Positions 27,380-39,333 of a DNA stretch of 64,000 bases are shown in pieces. The notes under the pieces are model-generated. The model ran no database searches. It was given only the letters and a program-made list of their open reading frames with translations, and was not told the DNA's origin. Positions within the stretch are counted from its first letter, which is position 1, and each line of letters begins with the position of its first letter. The stretch is from assembly GCA_028023455.1 (NCBI GenBank), contig JAQFVV010000005.1, positions 17,360,001 to 17,424,000 of the forward strand, given 5' to 3'. The stretch comes from Epiperipatus broadwayi. Taxonomy: Eukaryota; Animalia; Onychophora. A program made the position numbers and the translations under genes.

Positions 27380-27570
27380 ATTTATCTAATATTTAATATA
27401 GCTTCTTCTAAAGTGCACTCCTGTCTTAAGGGAAGTTGATTGCATTCATGGCTGACATTTCTGGTTGCTTTTAGCAGCTTGTTGATTCTTCTTTCCAAGG
27501 CAGCATATATCTTGGCCCTTGTTTTATAATAATCTTCTATAACGAAGATTATGTATCTCAACAATGGTGG
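27380..27570 (-). mobile_element. LINE reverse-transcriptase fragment (decayed)
   Basis: IEDYYKTRAKIY...QLPLRQECTLEEAILNI resembles IxxLYxxTxAxV...GVRQGCPLSPxLFNI. Confidence 0.4.
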
Positions 27571-29853
27571 TCAAGGATATTTATTACATTTCAGATGATC
27601 AAATGTGAGATTACTAGGTGGGGAACACTAAGTAAACACCCATTTGCTAGCTTAGCAATGTATGGTGATAAAGATGTTTGCATAAATATTTATACATTTC
27701 TAATGAATTAATTGGTTGTTCTCTATGAAGGAATCACCAAAATTAGTAGTTAGTTGGGAATAGAATGAGTAACAGCATACTACTTTTATATCAGCAAATT
27801 AAAATAACAGCACAACTCAGCAGACTGAATACAATAGAAATTTAGTAGCTTTTATATCCTTGACAAACTCATTGTCTGAGGTCACACACATCATTAATTA
27901 CAAATTCATTTTCTAATTAGTTATTCCTTTTTTCTCTTAATTACAACATTAGTTATAATATTATATAATCAATGAGAATTACTACTGATTTCCAGTAAAA
28001 CCTAATCCCTCCTGATTAAACAATTTACAAAATTATTATGATATTTGATTAGAATGTAATTTTTGTATGAAACAGTTTTCAGTACTAAATTTGTACAACC
28101 ATTTACATTATTCTTTAAAGTTACAATTTCAATCATAATATTTTGGAATTTTTTTTCATTTAGTTAAAAGAACAGATAAGCTTTCTTTTGAAATAGTAAA
28201 TCTAAAATTCCTACACTATAATATGCTTTAATTATGTTTTTCCTTTTGCTAAAATACCTTTACTTTATTTATTAATTTGAGATTAAAATATCTTTTGTTT
28301 ATTTTCTAAGACTTTTAATTATTTTAAAAAAATCTTTACTTTTATTTATTAAACTAATAGTTGTTTTTCATTTATAAAAAAATATACACTACTTTTTCCG
28401 AATATTTTAAATGTTTCATGTAACAGATATATATTGTAGTCTTTCTATTTTGCTACATCATTATATGGTTGTACTTAATGGTCAATATTAACAAAAAATT
28501 TAAATTTTATATAATGATTAGTAAAAACCTATTTAATTTATAGGAGAAGTTAAAATACATTGTTTCTTTAATGTTAAACTTGAATTAATTTTCTTTAAAT
28601 AAATATAATCTATAAGTTATAAAATTAAAATATAAATTGTGCTATTTCTTTTAAAATAAATGTAAATAATAGTTAAAATTGTATGAGGTATTTTAAATCA
28701 GTAGTTTTAGTGATTAAAGTTAATATTTTTAAATTGCTAATAATCAAATTAAAAATTTCTATTTATTTTAAAATCATTTAATTAATGATAAAATAAATGA
28801 AAAGTGAGGTGTGTGTTAATAGGTGTGCACACATACATTTATTAAATAATAAATTAAATTTACTTCCTGATACATTTTAAAAAAGTTATTAATTACATAT
28901 AATAAAAGACATATTTTAATCATATTAATTTCATTAAAAAATTCCTAAAATCAATAATTTGAATATTAAGGTGAATTATAAAATTTAAGTATTAAAATTT
29001 GATTTTAAATAAAGTGCTTTATTATTAAAATACAAATTTAAATTTTTGCATTATTAAAATTAAGAAAATATTGATTTCATAATATTAGTTATATGTGTAG
29101 ACAGAGTCATTAATATTCATCTTTTGCCACATGTCTGAAAGTAATTAACCAATCAGATATTGTGAAATTTTTTCTATAAATAAAAAATGGGCAGATGATA
29201 GAGGGATGAATCAAGAAAAAATTTGAGGAATAAATTGTATTTTTTGTCTTAAAAATTTTAAGTATAAATTTATTAAAATATTATTTTAATATTAAAAGTA
29301 ATAATAATAACTTTAAAAAGCATGGAGTATTTTAAGATGTTTATTCATTAATTTCATTATGAAATAAAAAGCAAAACTATTCTCATTGCTATACTATAGG
29401 AACTGACTATAAATTTGTGATAATGGAAAAAAGCAAAACTTCAAGTTGATAAAAATTTACTTTAATAAGAAACCTTGCAGATTAGCAAACAGTTGTGCCT
29501 ACAGAAAATGCAAGAGATGTAAGGAATTTATTTTTTTTATTAATTTTCATATGCAGAATAATAGAAAACATTTTATATTAAATTCTATCTTTGGTAATGA
29601 TAAAGATAATTACACCTATTCAATAAAACTATTAATATTTTCAGATATGAATTTATTAATGACTTTAATACTTAATTTATCTACTTCACTAATAGTTTGT
29701 AATCTATATGTTGCACTCTAAACGCACATCAGTGAAGGTATTTTTCAATACTTTCTAGCTTAGTGCTTTTGGGAGTTACATGTTCACATACTCATAGCTT
29801 GTGCTAATAATGGTTTTCTGTTAACTTGGGCAATGTTGATGTATGCAAATTGT

Positions 29854-30015
29854 TTAGGCCGCCCATTTTTTAGAAATCGAGAAGCAGGCATCTCTCCTAT
29901 TGATGGCATTAGGGTTGTCTGCTATGAAACATGCTTCTTTTACTTTGTGCTTGACATCATTGTGCTCAGAGCACACAATCTCAGATGTAGTAGGTTCAAA
30001 TGACTTTATTAGGAT
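29854..30015 (-). mobile_element. Penelope-like element GIY-YIG C-terminal fragment
   Basis: Open frame ILIKSFEPTTSEIVCSEHNDVKHKVKEACFIADNPNAINRRDACFSISKKWAA* fits the PLE terminal pattern (K)ILxxExxxxKRxIKEAxxIxxxxxxxNRxxGxxLxxxW. Confidence 0.7.
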
Positions 30016-30106
30016 GATAATGGCCTTAGAGAAGAAATATTAATGCAGACTAAGTTTTATTCAAAATTTATAATTACTAACTGTAATATCATTTAAGTAT
30101 TGGTAA

Positions 30107-30535
30107 TGTTGATAAACAGAGCAAAACTCTCCATACAGTATTGCCACCTGTGCTAAACAGAGTAATCAATGGATGCCAGAAGGCTATTGAGCTTAGATTG
30201 AAAATATTTTTTGTGTTTTCAATTTCATTCTCATAGTTTTGTAGTTAAGTGGAGATAAAACGTGGTTGCTAGAGGGTTGCATTAGATCCTACGATCTAGA
30301 TGCAGTGCTCTCAGATCCAAAGCTCCTCACTGACGAAGGCCACAAGCCAGAAACTAGTCTGGGGATATTGGATGAGTAGGCATTAGATAGGGATTTTATG
30401 CACAAGCCTTCTGGCATCCATTGATTACTCTGTTTAGCACAGGTGGCAATACTGTATGGAGAGTTTTGCTCTGTTTATCAACAATTAATGTGCTAGTATA
30501 GGAAATGTGATCATGTGATGCTTATTGGTAATGTA
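30107..30535 (+). mobile_element. Hammerhead-bearing foldback element, best-preserved copy
   Basis: Perfect 79-bp inverted arms (30107-30185 / 30405-30483); body shared with 52730-53075. Confidence 0.85.
30315..30373 (+). ncRNA. Minimal type I hammerhead ribozyme motif (PLE type), GUC site at 30357-30359
   Basis: Stem I (atccaa..tcctca / tgggga..ttggat) - CUGACGA - stem II (A)GGC cacaa GCC(A) - GAAAC UA GUC; stem III is the palindrome ACUAGU. An A.A mismatch replaces the usual first stem II pair. Confidence 0.75.
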
Positions 30536-33320
30536 TTAACATGTTAAATATGAATTATTCAGAAGTGAAATCTGAGAACTTTACAATTCTACTATTAAAT
30601 ATTTTTAAAGTTAGAGGAAAGAAATGAAACTTTTTAAAATAGAATAAATATCTTTATTCCAGTAATTAATGTTATTTATCTTCTCCATTTCAACACCAAA
30701 AATTAAGAAAACAAAAGCTTTAAAAGTAGTTTTTATTTTTTAAAAGAAATAGCAGTTAAGCTAAAGACATTTTAGCAGTTATCTATTTTTACTTTTCATT
30801 CATCTATTAAAACTTAAAAATAAAGGATTATCTGTTGTTGTTGTTGTTTTTAAAAATTGTTTTAAAAAATACAGTATTAACTTCTTTTTATAAAACTGTT
30901 AAGCAGAGTTTATTTATTGTTACTAATGTCTATGTTATTTTAATAAAATTATATTACACATATATGCATCTACTGTATATACAGGGTGAAGCATCTGTCA
31001 TATATACCTGAGTGTGTTAAAATAACAATTATATATGAATGATTATTATCTAAGAAATTCAATACCAGCGACAAGACTTGAAAATAAATATTATGGCTGT
31101 AAAGGGAGTGTTGTATTTTATTGTGTTGGAATGTATATTTTCATTTATGTGTTAGTTGATGTTAAAATATAATGTTAGTATGATATGTTTTAAACTATCT
31201 ATAAAAATGTCAAAGATATACCTGAAAAGACTATTAAAGTGTGATAACAAGATATAGTGACAGGTCACTGTGAAGTTAATTATTAGATGAGAAGGTTTTA
31301 ATAAATAGTTTATTGCCCATAACATTTTTTTCAGAGAAATAAATAATGTGGTAGTAAGATTTTAAGGATTGTTAGTGGTTGCTTATAAATAACTAAATCA
31401 TCATAACTCTAGAAAAAGAAACTAAAAATAGAAAGATCATAGAAATGTAGTTACTTGAAATACAAACTCATTCTTATAGTTGGTGCAGAGAAATTATCAA
31501 TAGCAAAAGAAATTCAAAACCACTGGTCTCTGTATGAAAGTAACTGACAACTATGAGATAAAAGAAAATGAAGAGAGAATACAAATAAATTTATGAAAAA
31601 GGTCCTTGAGTATAATTAAAATTGTACTTTAAAAATATCTTCTATCTTTTCTTCCACATCATTATCATTTTTAAAGTCATTAATAAATATTTCTTTTCCA
31701 ATATTGACATTTCAAAATCATATAAAATTATTAAACATTAAAAACAAATAAAAAATGTATAATCCAAAAAAACTTTATGGACAACTATTCTGTTCAATGT
31801 CCCTTGCTATATGCAAAATTCAAAGTATCTTAAAGATTCTCATCTTGTCTCACTCCAATGAGAGAAGAAAGTGCAAAACAGAAGAGGAAACAATTAGAGG
31901 CAATGAAAAAGAGAAATACAGACATATATGATAAAAACAACAATTTTTAAAAAAGAAAACTATAGAAAATTGGAAAGATTTTTGAGAAATAAATAAATAC
32001 AATAAATGCTACCAAGCAGTAAATAAATAAATTAACTTTAATATTAAGGATGAAAAATTATATTAAAAAATTATAAATTTTTTATTTAGTTTTACATGAT
32101 ATTCATTTATCGCATTATTCTGTGGACATCCTTATATATTCAAAGTAAATTTGCTAAACATATCAATGAAATAATCAATCTTGTTGAAGAGATAACTTAC
32201 TTTTCAGGTTGGTGTTTATCATGACTTTTAGATTTTACTAAGTTTGCCTAAATATTTGATAGTATAATTTAAAAAAACAACCCAAGTTTTCATTTAAAAG
32301 CTTTAGATCAAAAATTATTAAATTTAAAATCTTTAAAAATTAATAAAACTAATACTTTCTATGCATTAAAATATATATTCCTTAAAAAATTAACTTATGC
32401 ATATTTTATTTAATGTCTATATTCTTGACATGAGATGTTATAAGTACTATTTGTATAAATCTTCCATAAGGGGAATTATAGTTGTATATCAAGTGATTTT
32501 TTAAAACTGCACTGCTATTCTACTGATGCTTAAACTGGATGGAGTATTTATCAGATCTAGAGAAAGCATGAAAATATTCATGGCCACATGAATAATAAAA
32601 TAATCTAATGATTAATTACTTGGAGATGAAATGCTGTTCAGATAATATAATGATATATTGGGTGATTAAGTGGATTTTTTTAATGTAAGTCTGTAGAAAA
32701 TCAATCATGGAATTTTTACCTTTTGTTTCCAGATATTCGTCCAACCACTAATTGAAGCTAATGTTGCTTAACTTGGTGGTGAGGCAAAAAATTTGAGTAT
32801 TCAAAGTAATATTACTATAGACAAAAATAACTATAATCTACAGATGATGTTTGAATGCTAAATGAAAAAGTAAGCACAGCAGTCCTAATAAATTGATTTT
32901 TCTCTGAGATGAGAATTTTAAAAATCTTTAATTCATCTTTGCACTAAATAATACTAACTGAAGGATTCAAAATTTTTCCTATTTTACATGAATTTATTTA
33001 TTTTACTATTAATACTAAATACCTAAAAATATAATACAATATGTAAATCACTAAAAACTATATAAATTCTCACATTAAAAATACATTAAACATATTTTGA
33101 CAAATTATGAAGTAATTGAATGCTTTGTTGATCATGAGGTCATAAGACATTTGAGAAACAGATATAAGAGCAAGTGTGACAGAACTAAGTTGCAATCCAT
33201 GAACCTTTAATTCCCATGTTTTCTCATCTATTAGTGCACTAATCCATGCAGGACAAATAAATGAAAATGAATTTTAAAACAAATATTTTTCTCTTTAAAA
33301 ATAAATTATGAACTCATTAC

Positions 33321-33348
33321 CTGCAGGAATATGATGCCACTTTGGGGA
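33321..33348 (-). CDS. Candidate 28-nt host exon (SPKWHHIPA, phase 0/1)
   Basis: Acceptor tgatataaccttag, donor CAG|gtaatg; weak resemblance to the PSYWN exons; not frame-preserving alone. Confidence 0.3.
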
Positions 33349-33699
33349 CTAAGGTTATATCATATTACAATTATGGATCTTGTTTTTACAATCCATCAAA
33401 ATGCATATGACCAACTTAAATTAATTTGGGATTTTTATCCTTTAATTAATCATAGCTAAATATACCCATTTTTATAAAATGGTTGGCTAGAATAGTTATA
33501 GGCAGCTATCCAAAAAAAAAAAAAAATACTATTACATTGATTTTTCTTTTACATTCTTTAAACTTTTTCCTTTTTTTAACTAGAAGAAGAAGCTTTGAAG
33601 AAAATGGTTGAACAGTGAAAACTATCAGCTAGTTTTAAAACTATAAAGAAATAAAAAAAAGTATTATTATTGTTTAGTTATTTTGACATTATAAAATGT

Positions 33700-34900
33700 T
33701 TGAAATGAATTTTCCACATTGTTTTCAAGACCTTTTTATTTTTCTTTCCAATGTTTTGACTGACTAACAGTTCTCACCAGAACTAATGCAATGTGGCAAG
33801 GATGGTAATTAATATTTGTAACAAACTAACTTTCCACTACATGTAGAAAACTTGATTGTTTTGAATTTTTATATATCCTTTTGTTTTTCTACTTAGCAAG
33901 AATCTGTCAGCCATATTTAAAACCCAGTTTCAAATTTGGACTGAATAAACTTAATGAGGTTTTTTTTTCTTTAAGTAAATTGGCTCATAAACAACCCAGT
34001 TATATATTCAATATTGGTCAATAGATGAGCATGTAGTGATTCTTAGAGAGCTAAAAAGAGAAAAAATCATTCAAAATATTGGCAATTTGAAAACTTGGGG
34101 TCCCTTTCATTATTTCTCTATAAATTGTTAAAGAAACCTGCAGCAAGATATTTAGAAGCTGTTTCAGCTATTTTTATCTATCTTTCTAATTAGTAACTTA
34201 ATAAAAAAGTTCTTATTAAAAAAATGCAGCATTTATTTGATAACCCAATTCTTGCATATATATATAATTTTTATTATCCTCAGTGATATCTTAATATCTG
34301 CTACTTTATTTTTAATACTTGTTCATCACTTTTCATTTTTTAATCCAACTTTCTTATATTTAATTTCATCACTATTACTACAGACAATGCAATTTCTTAC
34401 CAATTTCTGTCCTCACTTGAAAATACTCAGAAATTTTCCTTGAATCTGGTCTTTTCTCTATGCACATTTTTATTAGCAAACTTATTTGAAAAAATTGTTC
34501 AAGATTTTGGACATCATTTTCGTTAACACTACTATCTCTCATATTAATACTGTTAAATGCCTTCAAAGATCATTTTTACCACATTTCTGACAATTTGATA
34601 TCCAATTTTTTCAGAATTAAAAACTGCTAAGTTGTTGATCTTATTTTCATAAAGCTTGTCAATTAACACCAAATTGACAAAGTTTGCAACTATTCAACAA
34701 GACTTTTCTTAACAGTAATTGGAGAATAGATTTCTTTTTAGTGCAGAGGCATTAACAATATTTTGAAAAAATCTAGAGATATCCCTACCTTACTTCCAAA
34801 TTTCTACTATTATGTTATGAAAGGCTTTTGTGAGCTTCACAAAGCAAATTTTTATGGCCAATCTGATATTTTTAAAAAAAATGTTTTCTGATGTGAATAT
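33700..34900 (-). mobile_element. hAT-like transposase relic
   Basis: Fragments NASALKRNLFSNYC, KRPDSRKISEYFQVRTEI and LP..CISSGENC*SVKTLERKIKRS, loosely like hAT SxLxxRLFxxxC, TRWxSR and the hATC SxERxFSxLK motifs; very decayed. Confidence 0.35.
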
Positions 34901-37900
34901 AATGGTAAAGCTAGCCAACTGAAATATTGTTTATAATTTTCTCAACTACTGATAAGTTTATGTTAAGTGATTAGTGAAGAGCTGAGTAAACTGTCAGAAC
35001 TGTCATGATTTGGGTACTATACTATTATTCTGTTCCAGTTACAAATTAACATGAATTCGTCAAAATTAAATATTTTGAGAGAACATATACATTACATGGT
35101 ACAAAAATTGTTTCCAGACTACACTATCATCTTCTGAGATAATAATACTCCATTTTTATAATTCATAAAATCAAATAATGATTTGAAAAATGTAAGATTA
35201 ATGTTACAACATGGATCTTAATCTTCTAATCAGCAATTTGAATATTAATAAGTTTTTGTGAGTTACTCTTGAGAATGAGCAAAAAAGTGATACTGTCCAT
35301 CAACATCAGTCAAATAATTTAATGATTTGCTTCATGATGAAAAGCTTACCATGCCTCTAGACAACATTAAAGTGTTATCTATTTTTATCTACACTAATGA
35401 TGGTATTATTTCATTACTTTGACTAATCCATGTATATATTTTAAATGGCAGGATCTACCAGTCATGTAACTTAGAAATGTTTTATATCCTTAACTTATTA
35501 TACTACCACTTTTTTGGTTTAATCAGTTATAGTATTAAGCTCAAAAGTTATGAATTATAAATTGAAACAAACCATTACTTCGGCTGCTCAAATGTCACAT
35601 GACCTTTCAACCTAACTAACCATAAGATTATTTACGTTATTACTATTAACATTAAAATATTCTCCCTCCCTCCCCTAAAAGAATCAAAGAGAAGGAGACT
35701 GAATATTAGTCATAAAGGATGAAGCAAGACTAAAAAAACAACATTTTGTCCTCTTCTGTGCTATTATCTTTTAGTTAATCAATTATATATTAAAGTTAGT
35801 TCCGTGCTATTACACCTAACTTCAGATGCTAGTATTAGATATTAAATAGTTGAATATACATCGCTTTTGATGGCAATTTTTAAATTTAAAACAAACTAAA
35901 TTCTGGCAGCTTTCTTTGCTCTACTCTTAGGCCATCTATAGTAAAACTAAATAATCAATGAACACCAAAAGATATACTATTACAATATCCAGATTCATAG
36001 ATCAGTTTCTGACTTCATCAATAAAAATTTAGTATTCAAACCTGAAATTAAAATGCTTATGCATCTGGAAGGGATCTTTTACTACTTTATACTATTCAAG
36101 CTGATAGCCTAAAATTAAAAAAAAACATTAAGGTTTTAACCAAATCCAACTCTCTTGCATAGTTATATAGATCTGATATCAGGACAGTTTCTATATATTT
36201 TAGAGACCTTCAATTTTTTGACTTATTAATAATTTTAATATTCAATCAAATATTTCATTTAAAATTTCAGTTAAAAAATATGAAATCACATAATTATGCA
36301 TGATTTAAAATTATTATAATAACATTAATATATAGACATTCTTAGTTTATTGTTAAAATGCATTCTATTATGAATAAGATACATTTTTAATAGTCATGAA
36401 ATCTCTAGTGTCATCCAAAAACAGCATGATAAAACAATGGTTTGGTTATTGGGTCCTCAGCAGATATGCTAAAAAATATTCTTTGCCTAAATTAATAAGA
36501 GAAAACAGAGATTAATACTGCCTAGCAAAGAAATAAGAAAGCTAATAATCAAATGAGAATTTGAAAAATAAATTGTTTTTGGATTTTTTATCATAAGGTT
36601 TATTACTCCATTGCACTGTATTATTGCTATAATTAGAAAAAAAAACAAGATATTTTAATGATTATTAAATTAATTGCAACAAAGGGAGCAGGAAAATTAG
36701 ATAGCATACCTTCAGATTGATCCATTTACATTATGTCTCTAAATGACACATTCATTTATTAAATATAGACAACGATCTCATTTTCCTTCTAGAATTTAGT
36801 AAACAAGCACCGAGTAAGAAAGATAGTGGACATGGATGACAGTGCAAATAGATATATATATATTTCAGATTCTGAAGCTCAAGGTCCAAGATCATGGCCC
36901 AGCTATCTACTTCCAGTGCTCAAACTTTTCCAAGCAATAAATTGTTCAATTATTCTTATTGGTATTCATCAGTATAGAGGAATAATTGTCTAAAAAATAA
37001 ACCAGACAGACAATTAGAACTCAATGCACATCAGTGCAACTGCCTAGAGCTTAGACATAGAGGCACTGTGATTACAACATGGGGCCTAAATCAAGAGCTT
37101 AAAAGCTATTTAAAAGTAGATATGAATTTATCCAGAATATTTAGAATTTTTTCAGATTTCTGTCTTATATCCAACTCAATTATTCATCCAGTAATTCACG
37201 AGCTTTCTGTGTAAGCAAGAGTCATCAATGAATACCGAATGGTAATGCAAAATTGATGTCTTCCTAGACTAGTTTCTACGTAATAGCTTTTTTTCAGATG
37301 AATATAATTTTGCACTATATCTAACAAACAGCTAGTTTATCTTCTATTATGTTATTTAATCTAAGCTCCATATAATGTGGTGCAGTTGTAGAGATCAGTG
37401 AATTGCAGCCTATTCAATCTGAAGATTTGAAATTTCTAAATTTTCTAAGGTTACAAGCACATAGCAGAGCAAATCTGTGCTCTCTATTGAGAAAGTCTAT
37501 AGCTAAAAATTAATCCAGAAATCAATTTGGACTTACCATCTAATATCAACTGATTATTCAAACTTAAATAGGTTGGATTATGAATAGAGTCATGTGCAGA
37601 CAGCTATTGTCAAGTAAGAGTTAAATATTACTTAAAAGGAAAAAATGAATTTCTAGTTATTATTAGCTGCAGGACTCAACATCATCAGTACACATTAATC
37701 GTAAACAAAAACATAATTATGTGATGTAATCTTCTCAGACATAAGGAAGGTATTACATATTTTATGGATACTTAATCCATAATATCAATCTTTACCTTAC
37801 TATTAATAACAGTTTTAATATTTAATATCAATAATAATTTTTAAGAGAAATTTTACCAGAAAGTAAAGCCAAACTATGTTTTAACGATAAGCTTTATCGT

Positions 37901-37904
37901 TCTT

Positions 37905-38405
37905 ACAATTACAAGTTTTACATAGCTTGGATTGCTGTGTTTATATGGGCAATCCGTAGTTGTAGGTTTACATAAAAAGTTGATTCATTGGTTTACACAG
38001 GATTACAGGAATTTTTACATGCTGTGGCTTAGTTATAAGTTTTACATAGCTTGGATTGCTGTGGTTACATGGGCAATCCGAAGATATATGTTTACATATG
38101 TAAAAGTTGATTTACTGATTTACATGAGATGCTGTGGATTAGTTACAAGGGTTTTACGTGGCTTGGATTGCTGTGGTTACATGGGCAATCTGCAGTTATA
38201 GGTTTATGTATGTAAAAGTTGATTTATTTATTTACATAAGATTACAGAATTTTTATAGGCTGTGGATTAATTACAAGGAGTTTTCCATAGCTTGGATTGC
38301 TGTGATTACATGAAGAATCTGTAGTTGTAGGTTGACATATATAAAAGTTGTTTTATTAATTTGTACAATATTATATAAAATTTACATGCTCTGGACTGCT
38401 GTAGC
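37905..38405. repeat. Minisatellite, ~100-130-bp unit, about 4.5 copies
   Basis: Anchor gcttggattgctgtg at 37925, 38049, 38161 and 38290, with a degenerate copy at ~38388. Confidence 0.9.
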
Positions 38406-38439
38406 TACAGATGCAAACAAGGTTTAGTTTTATATGTGG

Positions 38440-38880
38440 TTGAGTTGCCTGGGTAACATAGGTAAAGGACTAACAATTTACATAGTAGTGTGGCAATTGT
38501 CTGTGAGGTACACACTGGTATGAGATCAACATCAGTTCTTTTTGATTTTTTAGGGTGCTGGATCTTCTTTGGGCAACCAGGTTTTCTCTTGGTTTCATGA
38601 CAATATGGATTGGAGTGAGTGTTGGTGTTGAGATTGCTTTCATAAGTGAAACAACTCTGCCATGCCTGTTTTCTAATGCATTTGAATAGATGTGTTCCAG
38701 AGGGGGAGTATAGTTATGTTAGAATTGGTTGCAATTGTTAAGTTGCAGTTTGTGGTAGGTTGGTCAAACTCTTGGTCTAGCTGTATGTTAGAAATGGAGA
38801 TGAGTAAGGTTTTTGATAAGATGTAGCCAAACTATTCACCAGAATTATTACTGTATATCTGTATTTCTCAATTAGGAATG
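38440..38880 (-). mobile_element. LINE (RTE-like) 3' fragment
   Basis: FGYILSKTL (like the FKYLG motif) and ETKRKPGCPKK (like GKRxxGRP) on the minus strand, running into the minisatellite. Confidence 0.45.
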
Positions 38881-38999
38881 CAATTCTGTATCATAATGAA
38901 AGTTCTAAACCTAAGAGTGTTCAAAATTTAAATCATTAGCTCTAACTATATAATAGAAATAAAGAGGATGCTAGAAAGTTATAGTGCAAAATTATGTTA

Positions 39000-39038
39000 C
39001 TCTCTAAAGAAAGCAATTTCGCCTGAAACTAGTCAGGG
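39000..39038 (+). ncRNA. Degenerate hammerhead relic of a second subfamily
   Basis: ctct-CTAAAGA-AAGC aatttc GCCT-GAAAC TA GTC-aggg; stem I ctct/aggg pairs; core G5 mutated to A, so likely inactive. Confidence 0.5.
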
Positions 39039-39258
39039 AAAACAGTTTGAAATTATTGTAATAATTTATAATCTTAATTATTCTCAATTGGACAATAGTG
39101 TTTTCAATACTTAACTATTAAATACATGTAAAACTTAAACATTTCTTATGAGAAATGTATTTAAACAAAAAGATAAAATGTAACACTACTGATATTTATA
39201 AAAAATCCTACAAACTATAATGCCAACTGTTTGATTTTGAAATGTTGATCGATCATAC

Positions 39259-39333
39259 CTTACTATGCAGTAACAAATTTGGGGAAGGGGCATGTTCAGG
39301 TGGTTTTGAATCAATTTGGTTCCGATATTGGGT
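39259..39333 (-). CDS. Host-gene exon, repeat-type (TQYRNQIDSKPPEHAPSPNLLLHSK), 75 nt, phase 0/0
   Basis: Acceptor ctgtcttttctttttag, donor AAG|gtatga; aligns with the PSYWN exons (Y-x-N-Q/K-I/H-D-S/T-x-P...A-P-S/T-P). Confidence 0.7.

Noticed and set aside
29140-29200. CCAAT plus ctataaata promoter-like cluster
   Set aside because: No initiator, exon or CpG patch; such motifs are common in AT-rich DNA
32720-32770. Possible minus-strand exon (WLDEYLETK or ASISGWTNIWKQK) and + strand acceptor ttgtttccag
   Set aside because: Several mutually incompatible readings and weak acceptors; undecidable without transcripts
34378-34566. LLIKMCIEKRPDSR, resembling a kinase C-lobe
   Set aside because: No other kinase motifs; neighbouring fragments fit a decayed hAT transposase better
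36793-36840. + strand exon-like segments (EFSKQAPSKKDSGHG*; also DPSKYQQSKSYAMNS* near 41297 and GFHDKKK near 41845)
   Set aside because: Isolated splice-like signals are expected by chance at this AT content; no consistent gene model
37932-38201. 89-aa ORF with an internal repeat
   Set aside because: Artefact of the minisatellite
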